From Octopus bimaculoides (Eukaryota): a stretch of 64,000 bases of DNA. Location of the stretch: positions 49,522,104 to 49,586,103 of the forward strand of contig NC_068987.1 of assembly GCF_001194135.2 (NCBI RefSeq), given 5' to 3'. Made by a program: the position numbers and the translations under genes. The notes under the pieces are model-generated. The model saw only the letters and a list, made by a program, of their open reading frames with translations. It ran no database searches and was not told the DNA's origin. This document shows, one piece after another, positions 1 to 11,940 of this stretch. Position 1 is the stretch's first letter. Every line of letters starts with the position of its first letter.

Positions 1-377
1 AAAAAGATCTTAGAAATTTGATTGAGGGGATTACTTACACTCATGTTCCCCACCTCATATGTGTGTGTGTGTGTGTAATTAACTGACATATATTGTTTAA
101 ACTGTATACGTTAGTAGAGTAACTTTTTCTCTCTAGTAAGCCTTCTTCCTGTTCTTCATCACTCGCAAATCACAGGTTTCAAGCAGAAGCAACATGCTAT
201 CATCGATTTAATGACAGGTTGTCCAACATCCGCAGAAGGCTACAGGTTGTTAACTCAGATGACACCACTGACTAGAGCTGTGATTCTCAACCATTTTTTA
301 CCTATGGACCCCTTTGATTCCTATTTTACTCAAGTGGACCCTCATAGCCATTCAATGTTTAAAAAAATTCTATTGTA

Positions 378-1694
378 TTGGGTCATCCTTTGATAATACA
401 GTTTTTTTATACTTCTTTTATTTTTCAAAATTACGAGAAACAGAGTTCTGTTTTCATCTAAAATATACTCTCCTTCATTTTCTACAATGCTCTTCCATTT
501 ATCTGGTAGACTTGCAAGGCCCCTCTTCCAAAATTCACCTGTCCGTGACAAAAAAATACTCTTCCACTACTGTTCTGACCTCATCTCCAGAATTCACATT
601 TTTTCCATCCAAATGATTTTGAAGACTGCGGAATAAAGGATAATCAGTTGAGGCAATGTTCGGCAAATATGGTGGGTGGGGCATCGTTTCCCATTCAAAC
701 GACTCCAGCCTTTGGAATATCATCCTTGCTGTATGTGGCCGAGCATTATCTTAATGGAAGAACACCTTTCATCTTAAAACCAAAGATAGTCTTTTTTCTT
801 CTAGTGCTGACTTTAGCTGCTCAAGCTCTTCACAATAGATCTCCTTTGTTATTGTTTGGTTTGGGTTTAAAAGTTTAAAGTGGACTAAACCTTTCATATC
901 TCACCAAACAAACACCTTACGTGGGTCAAGACTTTCTTTAGCCTGGGGTGCTGATGTTTTCCCTTTTCCTACCCACTGTCTTCGGTGCTTGACATTTTTA
1001 TAGATAACTGATTTCTCGTCACCAGTCACTATTCGGTATAAAAAAGGTTCATTCATGAGACTTGACAGCAAAGAAGAGTACACTTTCACTCTCTGAGCGT
1101 GATTAGACTTGGAAAGTTTGTGAAGAATCCGTTGATCCAATTTGCTGACTTTTCCGATGGCATGCAGGTGTCGATGAATAGTTGAATGACTAAATCCAAG
1201 CTTCTCTGCTAGTTCCTTAACAGTTATGATGGGATTTTATTCCACCTGCTTTTATTGCAAGTTGATGTAGGTAGTTCCACCAGGGTTTGCAGGATGTCCT
1301 CGTTGAGCTCTACAGATCTTTCAGGACGAGGCTTGTCCTCTAGGCTGTAGTTTCCAGTTTGGAATTTCTGGAACTACCATTGAAACTGGCTTATGCTTAT
1401 TGTCCGATCCCCATATATTGCATTAATATTAATATTCCTCGCACTTTCCACTACGTTTTTGCCTTTATTGAACTCATAAAGCAAAATATGCCAAATATGC
1501 TCCTTTGTCACTTCCATTTGAAAAAAATAACTGTAAAAAATTGAACTGCACTCTTCAAAACTTGCACTAAGAATAAACACAAAGGAAAATTACTACCTGC
1601 TTTTATAGCAAGTTGATGCAGGTAGTTTATCCTGTACCCCTCCAACTTTTAGTTCATGCAATTGAAAAAAAACATTATTTATGGGATAGCCCAA
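378..1694 (-). mobile_element. Full-length but decayed mariner (DD34D) DNA transposon, family A
   Basis: Imperfect TIRs TTGGGTCATCCT (378) / rc TTGGGCTATCCC (1694), TA on both flanks, 1317 bp. Minus-strand ORF pieces IVTGDEK, MPHPPYLPNIASTDYPLFRSLQNHLDGK, WKSIVENEGEYILD; broken by stops and frameshifts. Confidence 0.93.
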
Positions 1695-1859
1695 TATCTT
1701 TATAATTAAATATCATTAGGAATTGTACAAAAGAAAAGATTAACATATTTTGTGTATTGAAGAAGTATAACCAATTAATTGCACATAAATTTTAACAGCA
1801 AAATCTTATATGAACCCTAGTTGAGAACCACTTCTCTAGAGTAATGTGCACAGATGGAT

Positions 1860-2520
1860 TCTTCATCCATCTGTTAAAAAAATGGGGAAAACTGTATTGA
1901 AATCAAACCACAGAGTGGAAGATAACTGCAACTATTGAGTCAAATGACTGGTGCATATATGAATTGTTTCACATGAACAGATGAGTCACAATCTGTGAGC
2001 TTGCCATACAACTGGACTCTGGTCACAATGTATTACTGTGGAAGCCTTTAGGTATCGGAAAGTGTGTGCAAAGTGGTTACCACAGCAGTTTACACCTGAT
2101 TTGAAGAAGAAGAAGAAGAGTAAAAGTCTGCTCTTGTCTGCTGGAAACATTTGAAGTCAATGAATACATGCTTTTTCTGGTAGCAGAGATGAAACATACA
2201 CGACTGTATTTTCATGATCTAGAAATAAAGTTTCAAACCACAGAATGGCATCACACCTTTTTTCCAAGATGTTAGAAGTTGAAGAGCCAGTAATTAGTAC
2301 AGGAAGCCATAGTGACTGATTCTGTGTTTACTGGTGAGTGAGGAAGGGTACAATTCTCTTTGAATTTCTAGAATATGACTGTGAACAGCAAGTAGTGCAC
2401 AGAGACATTTGATAAGTTTAGAAAAATCATTAGGAGGAAGAAGCCAGACATGAATCTGAAAACAATCAACACGTCGAGCAGTCCTCACATGGATTTTTTG
2501 GAAGAGGATCTAAGAGTTGG
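1860..2520 (+). mobile_element. Degenerate mariner transposase fragment, a different family
   Basis: Hand translation from ~2054 gives YRKVCAKWLPQQFTPDLKK (WVPREL-type motif), followed by DET and HDLEIKFQTTEWHH. Many stops; no TIR found. Confidence 0.7.
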
Positions 2521-2720
2521 ATTGAACAATGGCACAAATGTATCATTTATGATGGAGATTATGTTGAATAGTATATTAGTATAAAAGAAGAGTTATTCAG
2601 TCAACATGAGCAATTCGAACAAATTGTATCAGTAAATAAAAAAAAAATGCATTACTTTAAGGACAACCCTCATATTATACAAGTGTATCTATGTCATGAA
2701 AAATTACCACATAGCATATA

Positions 2721-3330
2721 TCATCATCATCATCATCATCATCGTTTAATGTCCGCTTTCCATACTGGCATGGGTTAGACAGTTTGACTGAGGACTGGCG
2801 TGCCAGAAGGCTGCACCAGGCTTCAGTCTGATCTGGCAAAGTTTCTAGAGCTGGATGCCCTTCCTAATGCCAACCACTCCGAGAGTGTAGTGGGTGCTTT
2901 TATGTGCCACTGGCACGAGAGCCAGTCAGACAGTTCTGGCAACAACCACGCTCAAAAGGTGTTTTTTACGTGCAACCTGCACGGGAGCCAGTCTGGCGGC
3001 ACTGGTAACAACCACGCTCGAATGTTTTTCACGTACCAGTAAGGCAACACTGGCAACGATCACGCTTGAATGGTGCTTTTTACATGCCGCCGGCACGGGA
3101 GCCAATCAGTGGCCCTGGCAACGATAACACTATGATGGCGCTTTTAATTAGTGCCTATCAGGCGGTACTATCATCAGCCACATCAGCGATTTTGATTTCA
3201 CTTGCCTCAACAGGTCTTCGCAAGCAAAGTTTATTGTCCAATGAATGAGGGGTACTCATAAGTGGGCTGGTTACACCCACTAGCATAGGCCACGGGTTAT
3301 GGTCTCACTTGGCTTGTCGGGTCTTCTCAA
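2721..3330 (-). mobile_element. RTE-LINE 3'-tail element with (GAT)n tail and internal ~60 bp tandem units
   Basis: Reverse complement of the 3' end of the RTE at 39650-40281; (TCA)n at 2721-2743. Confidence 0.85.
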
Positions 3331-3559
3331 TATATGAAGAAAACAAGAACAACTGCATGTTTAAAAAAATACTATTCAAAGCAGAAATATAACATTAAAA
3401 ATTAATTATTCTTGTTCAAACATGATATATTGCCTTTAAACATGATATATTGCTTCTCATTTTATTTCAATAACCAATATTAGATTTATGTATAATATAA
3501 TTACTACCATAGGTAAGATTTAGTTAATTAATTATGTTACCTCACTGCCCCCTTCAACA

Positions 3560-3960
3560 TGCCTAGTACCCCGTTGAGAACCTCCCGTGTTCTGGGGGCT
3601 TTTTTGTTTTAATGACACAGGCTCCTGTGAGGTTGCCTAGTAACTTGCAAGACAAAGAAAAAGAGAAAGGAAAAAAAAAGATCCTTGACCGAATGTATGA
3701 AGTATTTGAGAGGGAGAGTTGGATTATGCCTGGCGTTGAGAAGCTAATATAGGATGTCTTGCTATAGAGATGATAGGCTACCATGCATTGTAGAAGGGTG
3801 GAGTGGGAATAGCTGGGAAGAAGATAGAGATTGTGATGATGAGGTACAGAACAAACTTTGAAGATGCAAGAAGGTGAGTATAAGAGAATAGGTAGTGGAT
3901 TGGGTGAAGAAGAATAAGGGTAATTTCAAGAGAGTGTCAGAGAGATCTCTACACATATAA
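3560..3960 (-). mobile_element. Probable LINE (L2/CR1-group) 3' relic
   Basis: Minus frame AYHLYSKTSYISFSTPGIIQLSLSNTSYIRSR loosely resembles LINE C-terminal regions; similar purine-rich sequence at ~5370-5620. Confidence 0.35.
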
Positions 3961-3993
3961 ATATATTATCAGATGTCTCTTTCTCTCCCTATA

Positions 3994-4358
3994 TTCTTTT
4001 ATGCTGCTGCTTGTTTCAGTGATTTGACTGTGGCCATGCTGGAGCACTACCTTGAAGGGTTTTAGTTGAACAAATCCACTCCAAGGACTTATTTTTTTTT
4101 TAAGCCTTGTACTTATTCTAATGGTCTCTTTCACCAAACTGCTTAGTTATGGGGATGTAAACACACCAACACTGGTTAAGCGCTGATGGGGGACAAACAC
4201 AGACACTAACACACATGGACTTCTTTCAGTTTCTCTCTGCCAAATCCATTCACAAGACTTTGGTCAGCCTGATGCTATAGTAAAAGACATTTGCCCTAGG
4301 TGGCACACAATGGGACTGAACCTGGAACCATGTGGTCCAAAAGCAAGCTTCTTACCAC
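3994..4358 (-). mobile_element. tRNA-derived SINE family 1 (CORE-like body, central microsatellite), CpG-decayed copy
   Basis: Reverse complement of the 44987-45420 copy, with most CpG changed to TpG/CpA. Confidence 0.85.
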
Positions 4359-4569
4359 ACACACACACATATATATATATATATTGTGTGATTGACCAGA
4401 CTATTGGACATTGTTATACATCATTGGTCATGATGTGCTTTGCTTTGTTTTAGATCTTGACTGACATCACTCAGCTGCCTAGGTGAGCAGGCCAACATTC
4501 CTACTGATCGGAAGTCTAATTTGACACAGGGTGGACCATTTACATCTGAGTGGACTGAAACGATGTAAA

Positions 4570-4890
4570 ATAGTAATAATAATCAAAGTATTGCGCATTG
4601 TGCTCAGGTGCACTACAACTCATCAAAGGTGCATGTGCAGTACATAGAATTATGTACAAATGTCAGGAAAATGAACAGCATATGAGTCATACAGGTGTGC
4701 ATGCATATGAAGAGGAGATATCAGATGTGTTGGCGAATTTCAGGAAGCATGGAGGTTTTAAAAGATGCAATGTCTTGGCAACTAACAACTGATGCAGGTA
4801 GTTTGTTGCACACTTCAGTAACTTTGGGTGTGAACAAATGTTTCTAATTCAAAAACACATGCAGATGGTCTGGGAATCAAAACCATGTTC
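4570..4890 (-). mobile_element. CR1-like LINE 3' end fragment
   Basis: Minus frame RKHLFTPKVTEVCNKLPASVVSCQDIASFKTSMLPEIRQHI* matches the WNxLPxxVV...FK CR1 C-terminus. Confidence 0.65.
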
Positions 4891-5849
4891 TCTTAGTTGT
4901 GAGTGCAACACACCTAAGTGTCAGGCCATGCATCTTCACACACATGGGTGTGTAAATGTATTACAGAATATTTATGTGTATCAGGACATCTCTAATCATG
5001 TAAAAGTATCAAGGAATATTTCTATTTGATGATGATGTCATTTATGCCCCAGTGATGTTTTCTACCCTTTTGTCTATAAAGAGAATTACTCTCCTGAGAC
5101 AATTTCCCACAGTAAAGATCTTAACATGCTTGAGCGTACATAAATGTTAAATATAATCGTACACATCTTTATTATCATTATTTATCTCCTGTTTTTCTAT
5201 GCTGACACGTGTTGGTTGGTTCGATATGAACTGAGAAGCCAGAACTCATATGTCTTCTTTGGCATTGTTTCTACAGCTGGATGCCCTTCCTAATGCCAAT
5301 CACTTTACATAGTGGACTATGTGCCTTTCTTTGTTTTTTTTTTGGGGGGGGGGAGACTAGCATTGGTGAGGTCACCAAGTTACTAGCAAGACCAGACCCT
5401 GTCAAGTGAGTGAGGGATATAGTTTTGAGGGATGTGAATGTATGATAGAGGAATAGGAGCAGGTGACTTGCCGATGAGGTTCCCCAACTGGGGAGAGAGA
5501 GATGTGAGGTAAAGGTACAAAGTGTATATGAGAGAGAAAACAGAGGAACAGAAAAGGTTTAGGTAGGTACTAGAGTGAAAAGAGTGTCATAGATGATTAA
5601 GAGATGAGGATGGGAGTTGGATGCAATGAATATCAGTTTGGGGAAGGAAATAAAAGAAAGGAAGAGTTACAAGCAATATCTCCTTATGTATAAATGTCTC
5701 TCCATCAGTTTTGATGACGAGTACTTGAGTTGTTTGGTCAGCTTCACTACTTCTTCATTGTACTACGGGGTTACTTCATGTGACATGTTGCTCTGTCTGA
5801 CAATGGGTGGCCCTGTCACTTAACTAGGTCCTGATGGACCAGTTTGCTA

Positions 5850-6010
5850 CCACAAGACATCAGAATTTGAAATGAATAGAAAGAAGCAGAACAAACACCA
5901 CAAGGTATCTCACACAAGATTCTGACAATTTTACCAATCCATCAGACTGGACTGGCACCTGAAAAGCAAAGTTGACTTCAGTAGAATTTGAACCCAGAGT
6001 ACTGAGATCT
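5850..6010 (-). mobile_element. SINE family 2 variant fragment
   Basis: Contains rc of GGTTCAAATTCTACTGAAGTCAACTTTGCTTTTC, the family-2 B-box plus central domain. Confidence 0.6.
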
Positions 6011-6169
6011 GGAAGAAATACCACAGAACATTGCATCTGACACAGTAACAACAGTGGCCTGGATTTGCCTGTATATTATAAATGCCAATTTGAAAATAAG
6101 AACAGAACAAAGCCAACTGACAGAAGCTAAAGCAAACAGGCAGAGACCCCTTACTGCATGACTGGTTAC

Positions 6170-6280
6170 ACTGCAGAACACCTGCTAGGTGATTATGTAA
6201 CTAACTATAATGCAGAACACTTGCTAGGTTACTGTGAAACTGACTAAACTGCTGAACACTTGCAAGGTGATTGTTAGTCA
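6170..6280. repeat. ~39 bp minisatellite, 3 imperfect units
   Basis: Core (A)TGC(A/T)GAACAC(C/T)TGC(T/A)AGGT repeats at ~6171, ~6211 and ~6250. Confidence 0.7.
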
Positions 6281-6869
6281 GAATTGGTGACATTGCACTG
6301 AGAGAGGTTGTGTGCATGTAGAGGGAGGGGCATTCATTCAGCCCTTCCTCCATTTGTTTCTGGAGAAAAGGATGAAGGGGGGGGGAGGTACCACTCTTTT
6401 CTCATAGAGAATATGAAACCATCAAAAAATGGATAAATAAACAGTATTGAATGGGATAAAGTAAATCTGAGGATGGTTTAAAGGATAAGATGAATTGGGG
6501 TAGACAGATCAACGGATGAATTAATGGTGAGTGGAACGGGATAAAGAAGATCCAAGAATTATTTAACAGGCAGGATGGAATTGAATAAATAAGATCTAGT
6601 AACAATCAACATAGAAAGGTACTCCTTCTTGATGTTGTGGTTTTAAGATGGGAACCAAGAATCATAAATGAATTAACTGAGATTTAACATAAAGGGATAC
6701 TTAGAAACATTAGCATAGAAGTAAATACCTAAATTTAAGAATGGAAGGTGCTCTGTAGAATGGTCTTTAATATGAATGCCTGGTTTGGATCCCATCAACG
6801 AGTCTGTAATCAAATTTGGATTTAATGTCAATTATCACTTTACATTTATATTAATTATGAGTAAGGCGT

Positions 6870-7060
6870 TGAGCAAAAGAATCGTTAGCATGCCAGGCAA
6901 AATGCTGCTAAGCATTTTGTCCATTTTTATGTTCTGAGTTCAAATGCTGCCAGGGTCAACTTGGCCTTTTATCCTTTCAGGGTTGATAAAATAAGTACCA
7001 GTCAAGCATTGGGGGTCAATGTAATCGATTTATCCCTTTCCTCGAAATTGCTGGCCTTGT
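6870..7060 (+). mobile_element. SINE family 2 copy
   Basis: GTTAGCATGCCAGGCAAAATGC...GTTCTGAGTTCAAAT...CCTTTTATCCTTTCAGGGTTGATAAAATAAGTACCAG. Confidence 0.8.
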
Positions 7061-7472
7061 GCTGAATGCATGTATGGCATATCAATTCAAAACAACCAAT
7101 TAAACTATTGGTATATGTGCCCACAGACATTCATGTTTATATATACATACTCTTACACATAGTAAAAGTTGACTGGGACTTCAAGTTTTGCCTAATGGGT
7201 TATTCAAACATATTTCATCCAGTTACTGTTGTTTGTGACCTCATAAATAACATGTCCCCTCAGTGTGCCCAGTTTGGATGCATCATGAAAAACCTGGAGC
7301 AACAAGGGTATATCGTTTATGAGGCCATGAATGGTGATAAAAGAACTCTGAAAAAGAATTATCAATCAAGCAATTGATTAGTAAATTAGTTAATTAGTTG
7401 ATGAAAAGAAGTGTAATAGAACCCATGTGTTTTCAGTGACAAAATAACCTTTCCAAAATACATACATAATTC

Positions 7473-7473
<1 letters not shown>

Positions 7474-7565
<92 letters not shown>
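7474..7565. repeat. (TA)n microsatellite
   Basis: Directly visible. Confidence 0.95.
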
Positions 7566-7837
7566 GTGGGTGAGAAGACATTAGTATAAGCATAGAATTA
7601 GATGAACACTGAATAAGTACTCGGATAAGTCCAGACCTTAAAACCAACATCCTAATCAGGGTTAAAATAGTTCAATGGAACGAGTTGGCTATAAAAAATG
7701 TATAGTTTGAGCAGGTAACAGATAAAAGATGTACAAGCACATGTTTATGGCATTAAAGGATTTATAAAAGATGTTATATGAATGTAACCAAACATATCGG
7801 ATGAAGAAAAACATTTGGTGTAAAGCATGGCTCTGTA

Positions 7838-7995
7838 GGTGCAGGCATGCTTATGTGGTTAAGAAGTTTGCTTTCACACCACACAGCTTTGAGTTCAATC
7901 CCACTACATAGCACTTTGGGCCAGTTTCTTCTACCTTGGACTAACCAAAGTCTTGTGAGTGGATTTGGTACATAGAAACTGAAAGAAGCCCATCA
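7838..7995 (+). mobile_element. SINE family 1, 5' half
   Basis: tRNA-like head followed by AAAGTCTTGTGAGTGGATTTGGTAC...GAAAGAAGCCC. Confidence 0.8.
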
Positions 7996-8019
7996 TATAT
8001 GCATGTGTATATGTGTGTA

Positions 8020-8092
8020 AGAAAGGATGACAGTCCACCGCCAACAACTTAGGGATCCCACCACTAGACAGATACCACTTAGTGGGCACTTA
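8020..8092 (+). mobile_element. Penelope-like GIY-YIG endonuclease fragment
   Basis: Translates to ERMTVHRQQLRDPTTRQIPLSGHL, homologous to the IPLSKH region of the PLE at ~16.7 kb. Confidence 0.6.
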
Positions 8093-8927
8093 TTAATCAC
8101 ACACATACACACACACAAACGTGCACACATATACACATCACCCTACCAAATATAAAACACACACAGACCCATATACACCCACCACAATAAACTCTGGGAC
8201 CAATCAAACAATGGCACACAAACACATTTATATACACACACACATGGAGATGTGCACAGAGACACACACACTCACACCATTCTGACCTCTAAGACCAGTC
8301 CCAAAAACCACTGAACCACAACAGACTAGCCCAGAAACAAAAAAAATCCTTTTAATTCTACATTGCCCCTCCCCCTCATCGTAACCAGCCTCCCACACTG
8401 TCCCTTAAAATAGCAAACATTCCTTAGCTACACACAAGAGAGAGAACATGTTAAAAAGACAGGCCGGTTCCTCTCCAATTTTTTGTAAATTCTTAAATAT
8501 ATCTCCTTCTAGGTATATATATATATATATATATACTACCAAACACTTTTTGTTGAATACTCTCTTTTAAACTGTTTTAAACATTTTCTTACTATTATCA
8601 AAGAGTGTATATATGTATTTTAATACTTTTGTGACAATCAGTACGNNNNNNNNNNNNNNNNNNNNNNNNNNNNNNNNNNNNNNNNNNNNNNNNNNNNNNN
8701 NNNNNNNNNNNNNNNNNNNNNNNNNNNNNNNNNNNNNNNNNNNNNNNNNNNNNNNNNNNNNNNNNNNNNNNNNNNNNNNNNNNNNNNNNNNNNNNNNNNN
8801 NNNNNNNNNNNNNNNNNNNNNNNNNNNNNNNNNNNNNNNNNNNNNNNNNNNNNNNNNNNNNNNNNNNNNNNNNNNNNNNNNNNNNNNNNNNNNNNNNNNN
8901 NNGAGAAGACATTAGTATAAGCATAGA

Positions 8928-9345
8928 TGAATAGACAGCACTTTGATAGATAAATTAAGGATATGAGGACAGGGAAAGCTCCTGGTCCCTCAGGAATCAC
9001 TGCTGAGATGTTTAAAATATCTGGTGGTGTAGGCTATGGTCCAGTCACCTGTATAGTTAATCAGGTGATACATGAAGGCGTCATACCCAATGACTGGTGT
9101 AGCAGCACCATAGTCAACTGCTACAAAAGTAAAGGTGATGAATTAGATAGAAATAATTACAGAGGTATCAAATTGTTGGATCAGGTGATGAAAGTCACGG
9201 AGATGGTCATAGCCCAACTTATTAGGGAGAGAGTAAGTTTAGATGAGATGCAGTTCGGTTTTGTGCCAGGGAGAAGCACCACTGATGCTATACTTCTGGT
9301 AAAACAACTGCAGGAGAAATGCCTAACCTAAGATAAACCTCTGAA
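8928..9345 (+). mobile_element. RTE LINE reverse-transcriptase fragment
   Basis: ORF 8963-9331 KAPGPSGITAEM...NYRGIKLLDQVMKV...QFGFVPGRSTTDAI; same family as 37943-40281. Confidence 0.92.
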
Positions 9346-9549
9346 ATACCCCACCTACAAATTCGTTTCTTTATAACCTTCTGGAAAATGCATTTATTTT
9401 AAATGGAATTTTCAAGAAATACATTTTAGTTGATGTTGATTAGGTTTATATTGGAATTTGCGAATCTTTTTGGTGGGGCGTAGAAGATTCTCAGGAAGCT
9501 CACATACTACGATTTGTTTACTTGTAACTTACTGAAAACTGGATATATT

Positions 9550-9775
9550 AAAAAAAAAAATTCTACTAACACATTTCAGATGGTGTAAATTATGATTATA
9601 TCTGAATTTTTGATGTGAAAGAAATAAACTGGGGGCAGGGTTGAATAATTCATACATCTCAACTTCGTTTCCTTATACATTTTGATGAAGTGTGTAAATA
9701 ATGCTCCCCTCATTTATTTTATTCATTTCAGAAACTAATATAATTGTAATCTACACCATCTGAAACAAATGTCAC
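9550..9775. mobile_element. Fold-back repeat remnant related to the 11.9-14.2 kb family
   Basis: TTTCAGATGGTGTA (~9575) and inverted TACACCATCTGAAA (~9751); same motif at ~12360 and ~14043. Confidence 0.5.
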
Positions 9776-10028
9776 AATTTTATCTAAAATTTTATCAATT
9801 TTCCAGAAAGTTAAACCAAAACCAATTTGGAGCTGGAGGGGGCACACATCTGTAGTTGTGTCATATATATATATATATTATCCAAAATGTATAGTATTAA
9901 ATATTCACCATGGCTGGTATTACCAATCGGTTTTGCATAAAGAATACGACGGAGTGTTAGGTAACAAACCTTATTGTCTCTTAGACAACTCATGCGTGCA
10001 CGCGCATGTGGTGGTGGTTGTGTTACAT

Positions 10029-10031
<3 letters not shown>

Positions 10032-10082
<51 letters not shown>
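10032..10082. repeat. (TG)n microsatellite
   Basis: Directly visible. Confidence 0.95.
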
Positions 10083-10084
<2 letters not shown>

Positions 10085-10291
10085 ACACACACAAAATATG
10101 GGGGTTTAGTTCACAGGAGACCTAGGTATGCTAGGTAATGGATTACTAGGGTTCCAAGGTTATAGCCAAGACAGTAGTTATGGAGCTATTGCAGATTTCT
10201 GATATAGAAGATATATAATTGTTAAAGAGGACAACAAACGTTAAGGCAAGGCAAACATCTCGAGTCATATACTGGGGAAAAAAATTCCAAG

Positions 10292-10345
10292 TCTTACAGC
10301 TGTTTCTGGGATATTACAAAGTATGGGGTATTCCGTCATTGGAGA
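10292..10345 (-). ncRNA. Degenerate minimal hammerhead ribozyme (core CCAATGA)
   Basis: rc: TCT-CCAATGA-stem II-GAAAC-AGCT-GTA-AGA; two substitutions in the core. Confidence 0.55.
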
Positions 10346-10386
10346 CAAATAGGGAAAATGACAAGGGTATAGATTTTCCCTATTTA

Positions 10387-10440
10387 TCTCTGATGACAGA
10401 ATATCCCATATTCTGGGATATCCCAGAAACAGCTGTAAGA
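10387..10440 (+). ncRNA. Minimal type-I hammerhead ribozyme motif, AGCT loop, GUA site
   Basis: TCT-CTGATGA-CAGA ATATCCC/GGGATAT CCCA-GAAAC-AGCT-GTA-AGA. Core intact; base of stem II mismatched. Confidence 0.75.
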
Positions 10441-10739
10441 CTTTGAATTTTTTTTTTCCCAATAATAATAATGTATATGACTTGAGACGTTTGCCTTGCC
10501 TTAACATTTGTTGTCCTCTTTAACAGTTATATATATATATACATACATACATATATTTATAGAGAAATGGAGGTTATGAGCGATAGTGGTGTCAATTAGA
10601 CCCAGAGGTTTCAGGTAATGCTGAGTAAGTGCTATGGGTAGACCACAGTTAAACTCCAGGTTTGGTGATTATGCGAATAAGGGGTCCAACGTAGGTCATA
10701 TATCAGCGTGTGAATATAAGGATTTACTTTTCGTAATGA

Positions 10740-10985
10740 GATAAAAAAAAAACCAAGGCTGTGTACATTGTAGAACATTTATAAAAAGGTCTTATAGCTG
10801 TTTCAGGATATTTATTATATCCCTTCATCGGAGACGTGTGTGAGAGGATGGTTAAGTAATAGTTAGTTTAGATAAGATAGGAAATAGAGAGTGAATGTAG
10901 GGATATTGTATTTGTAAATCCATTTTTTAGGCAGAATGGTATACATATAAGATTCCAATACCTTGTAAGTAAAATCCAATAGTCT
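10740..10985 (-). mobile_element. PLE-like terminal repeat with a degenerate hammerhead at 10790-10834
   Basis: rc: TCT-CCGATGA-AGGGATAT aataa ATATCCT-GAAAC-AGCT-ATA-AGA. Confidence 0.6.
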
Positions 10986-11011
10986 TATATATATATATAT
11001 ATATATATTCA

Positions 11012-11090
11012 TTAATCCCTCGGCTATCGCGGTTGTTACATTTCAAAACGCCCCCGCGAGAGGTGAAAATCCGCGAAGTAGAAACAGTGC
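11012..11090 (+). mobile_element. Tigger/pogo-like MITE terminus
   Basis: CCCTCGGCTATCGCGG...CCCCCGCGAG...ATCCGCGAAGTA resembles Tigger-type TIR and subterminal motifs (from memory). Confidence 0.4.
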
Positions 11091-11328
11091 TGTACTATAT
11101 ATATTTTTATAATTTGGATATATTTATTTTATCATAAAAGCAAAACAAAACCACAGAAGAATCGACGTAAGCTTAAATAATAAACCGCGATATGGCAAGG
11201 GATTACTACACACACACACACACACACACAAATAAAAGTATTTGCGACGCAAGAAGTATGTGAGGGCAGCTTGGAAAATCAGGTAAATATCCTTTAGAAA
11301 ATAAGAACAAAAAGAAGTGGCCAACAAG

Positions 11329-11400
11329 CTTTCACAGGGCATCGAACCCGGCCACTCCTAAATTCCGACGGAGCGCTCTGAACCAGCTTAAGCTGGGGAA
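11329..11400 (-). pseudogene. Solitary tRNA-like sequence (A box and B box), no valid cloverleaf
   Basis: rc: CCCCAGCTTAAGCTGGTTCAGAGCG CTCC..GGAG TGGCCGGGTTCGATGCCC; anticodon and acceptor arms are imperfect. Confidence 0.45.
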
Positions 11401-11940
11401 CTCTCATAACAAATTACGTCTTTTCATAATGCGAAATAATAGCTTTTGGAATGTGAAAACATCAGCTGGTTGTTCGTCAATTTCCGTAAAATTTATTTAT
11501 TTTTGTTTTTATGACACACACTTAGAGATAGACTTTCGTGTTCATGACTTGAATAGTGAAACACTCGCACAATGTATGCAACGTAATGTAATATAATGTT
11601 ATGTATGTATGTATGTACGTACGTAAGTGCGCCGTACGTGTGTATGCGCATGCGAGCGAGTTGAGCTTGATGTATTTGTACTCACTTACACACAGACACA
11701 AACACACTTGAACAATGAATGTATGTATTTATATATGTACGTGTATAGAGAGATGAGATAATAGGCGTACGTGCATGCGTGTTCGCTCTATCCTCTGTTT
11801 CACTTTCCACCGGCTTCAAAGCAAATGTCGCCTTCAACACATGAAAACAAAAGTAAATAAATAAAAGCTTACTACAGAAATTAACGCAGTCTGTGGCAGT
11901 TTCGACCAAATACGAGTGAATTTGTGGTGAAAATGGTTTT

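Larger units (their letters stand above)
10211..10534. repeat. ~150 bp-arm palindrome with a hammerhead motif in each arm (PLE-terminal-repeat-like)
   Basis: Arm 10211-10359 is the imperfect reverse complement of 10373-10534; 13 nt spacer. Confidence 0.9.

Noticed and set aside
378-1694. SETMAR host gene call for the mariner ORFs
   Set aside because: No SET domain; TIRs, TA duplication and multiple disrupted copies show these are transposons.
9526-9560. 6 nt minus-strand microexon CCAG|TTTTCA|GTAAGT
   Set aside because: Lies at the edge of a repeat remnant; such short motifs are expected by chance.
11329-11400. Functional tRNA gene
   Set aside because: The anticodon arm cannot form a 5 bp stem with a 7 nt loop, and the acceptor stem is poorly paired.
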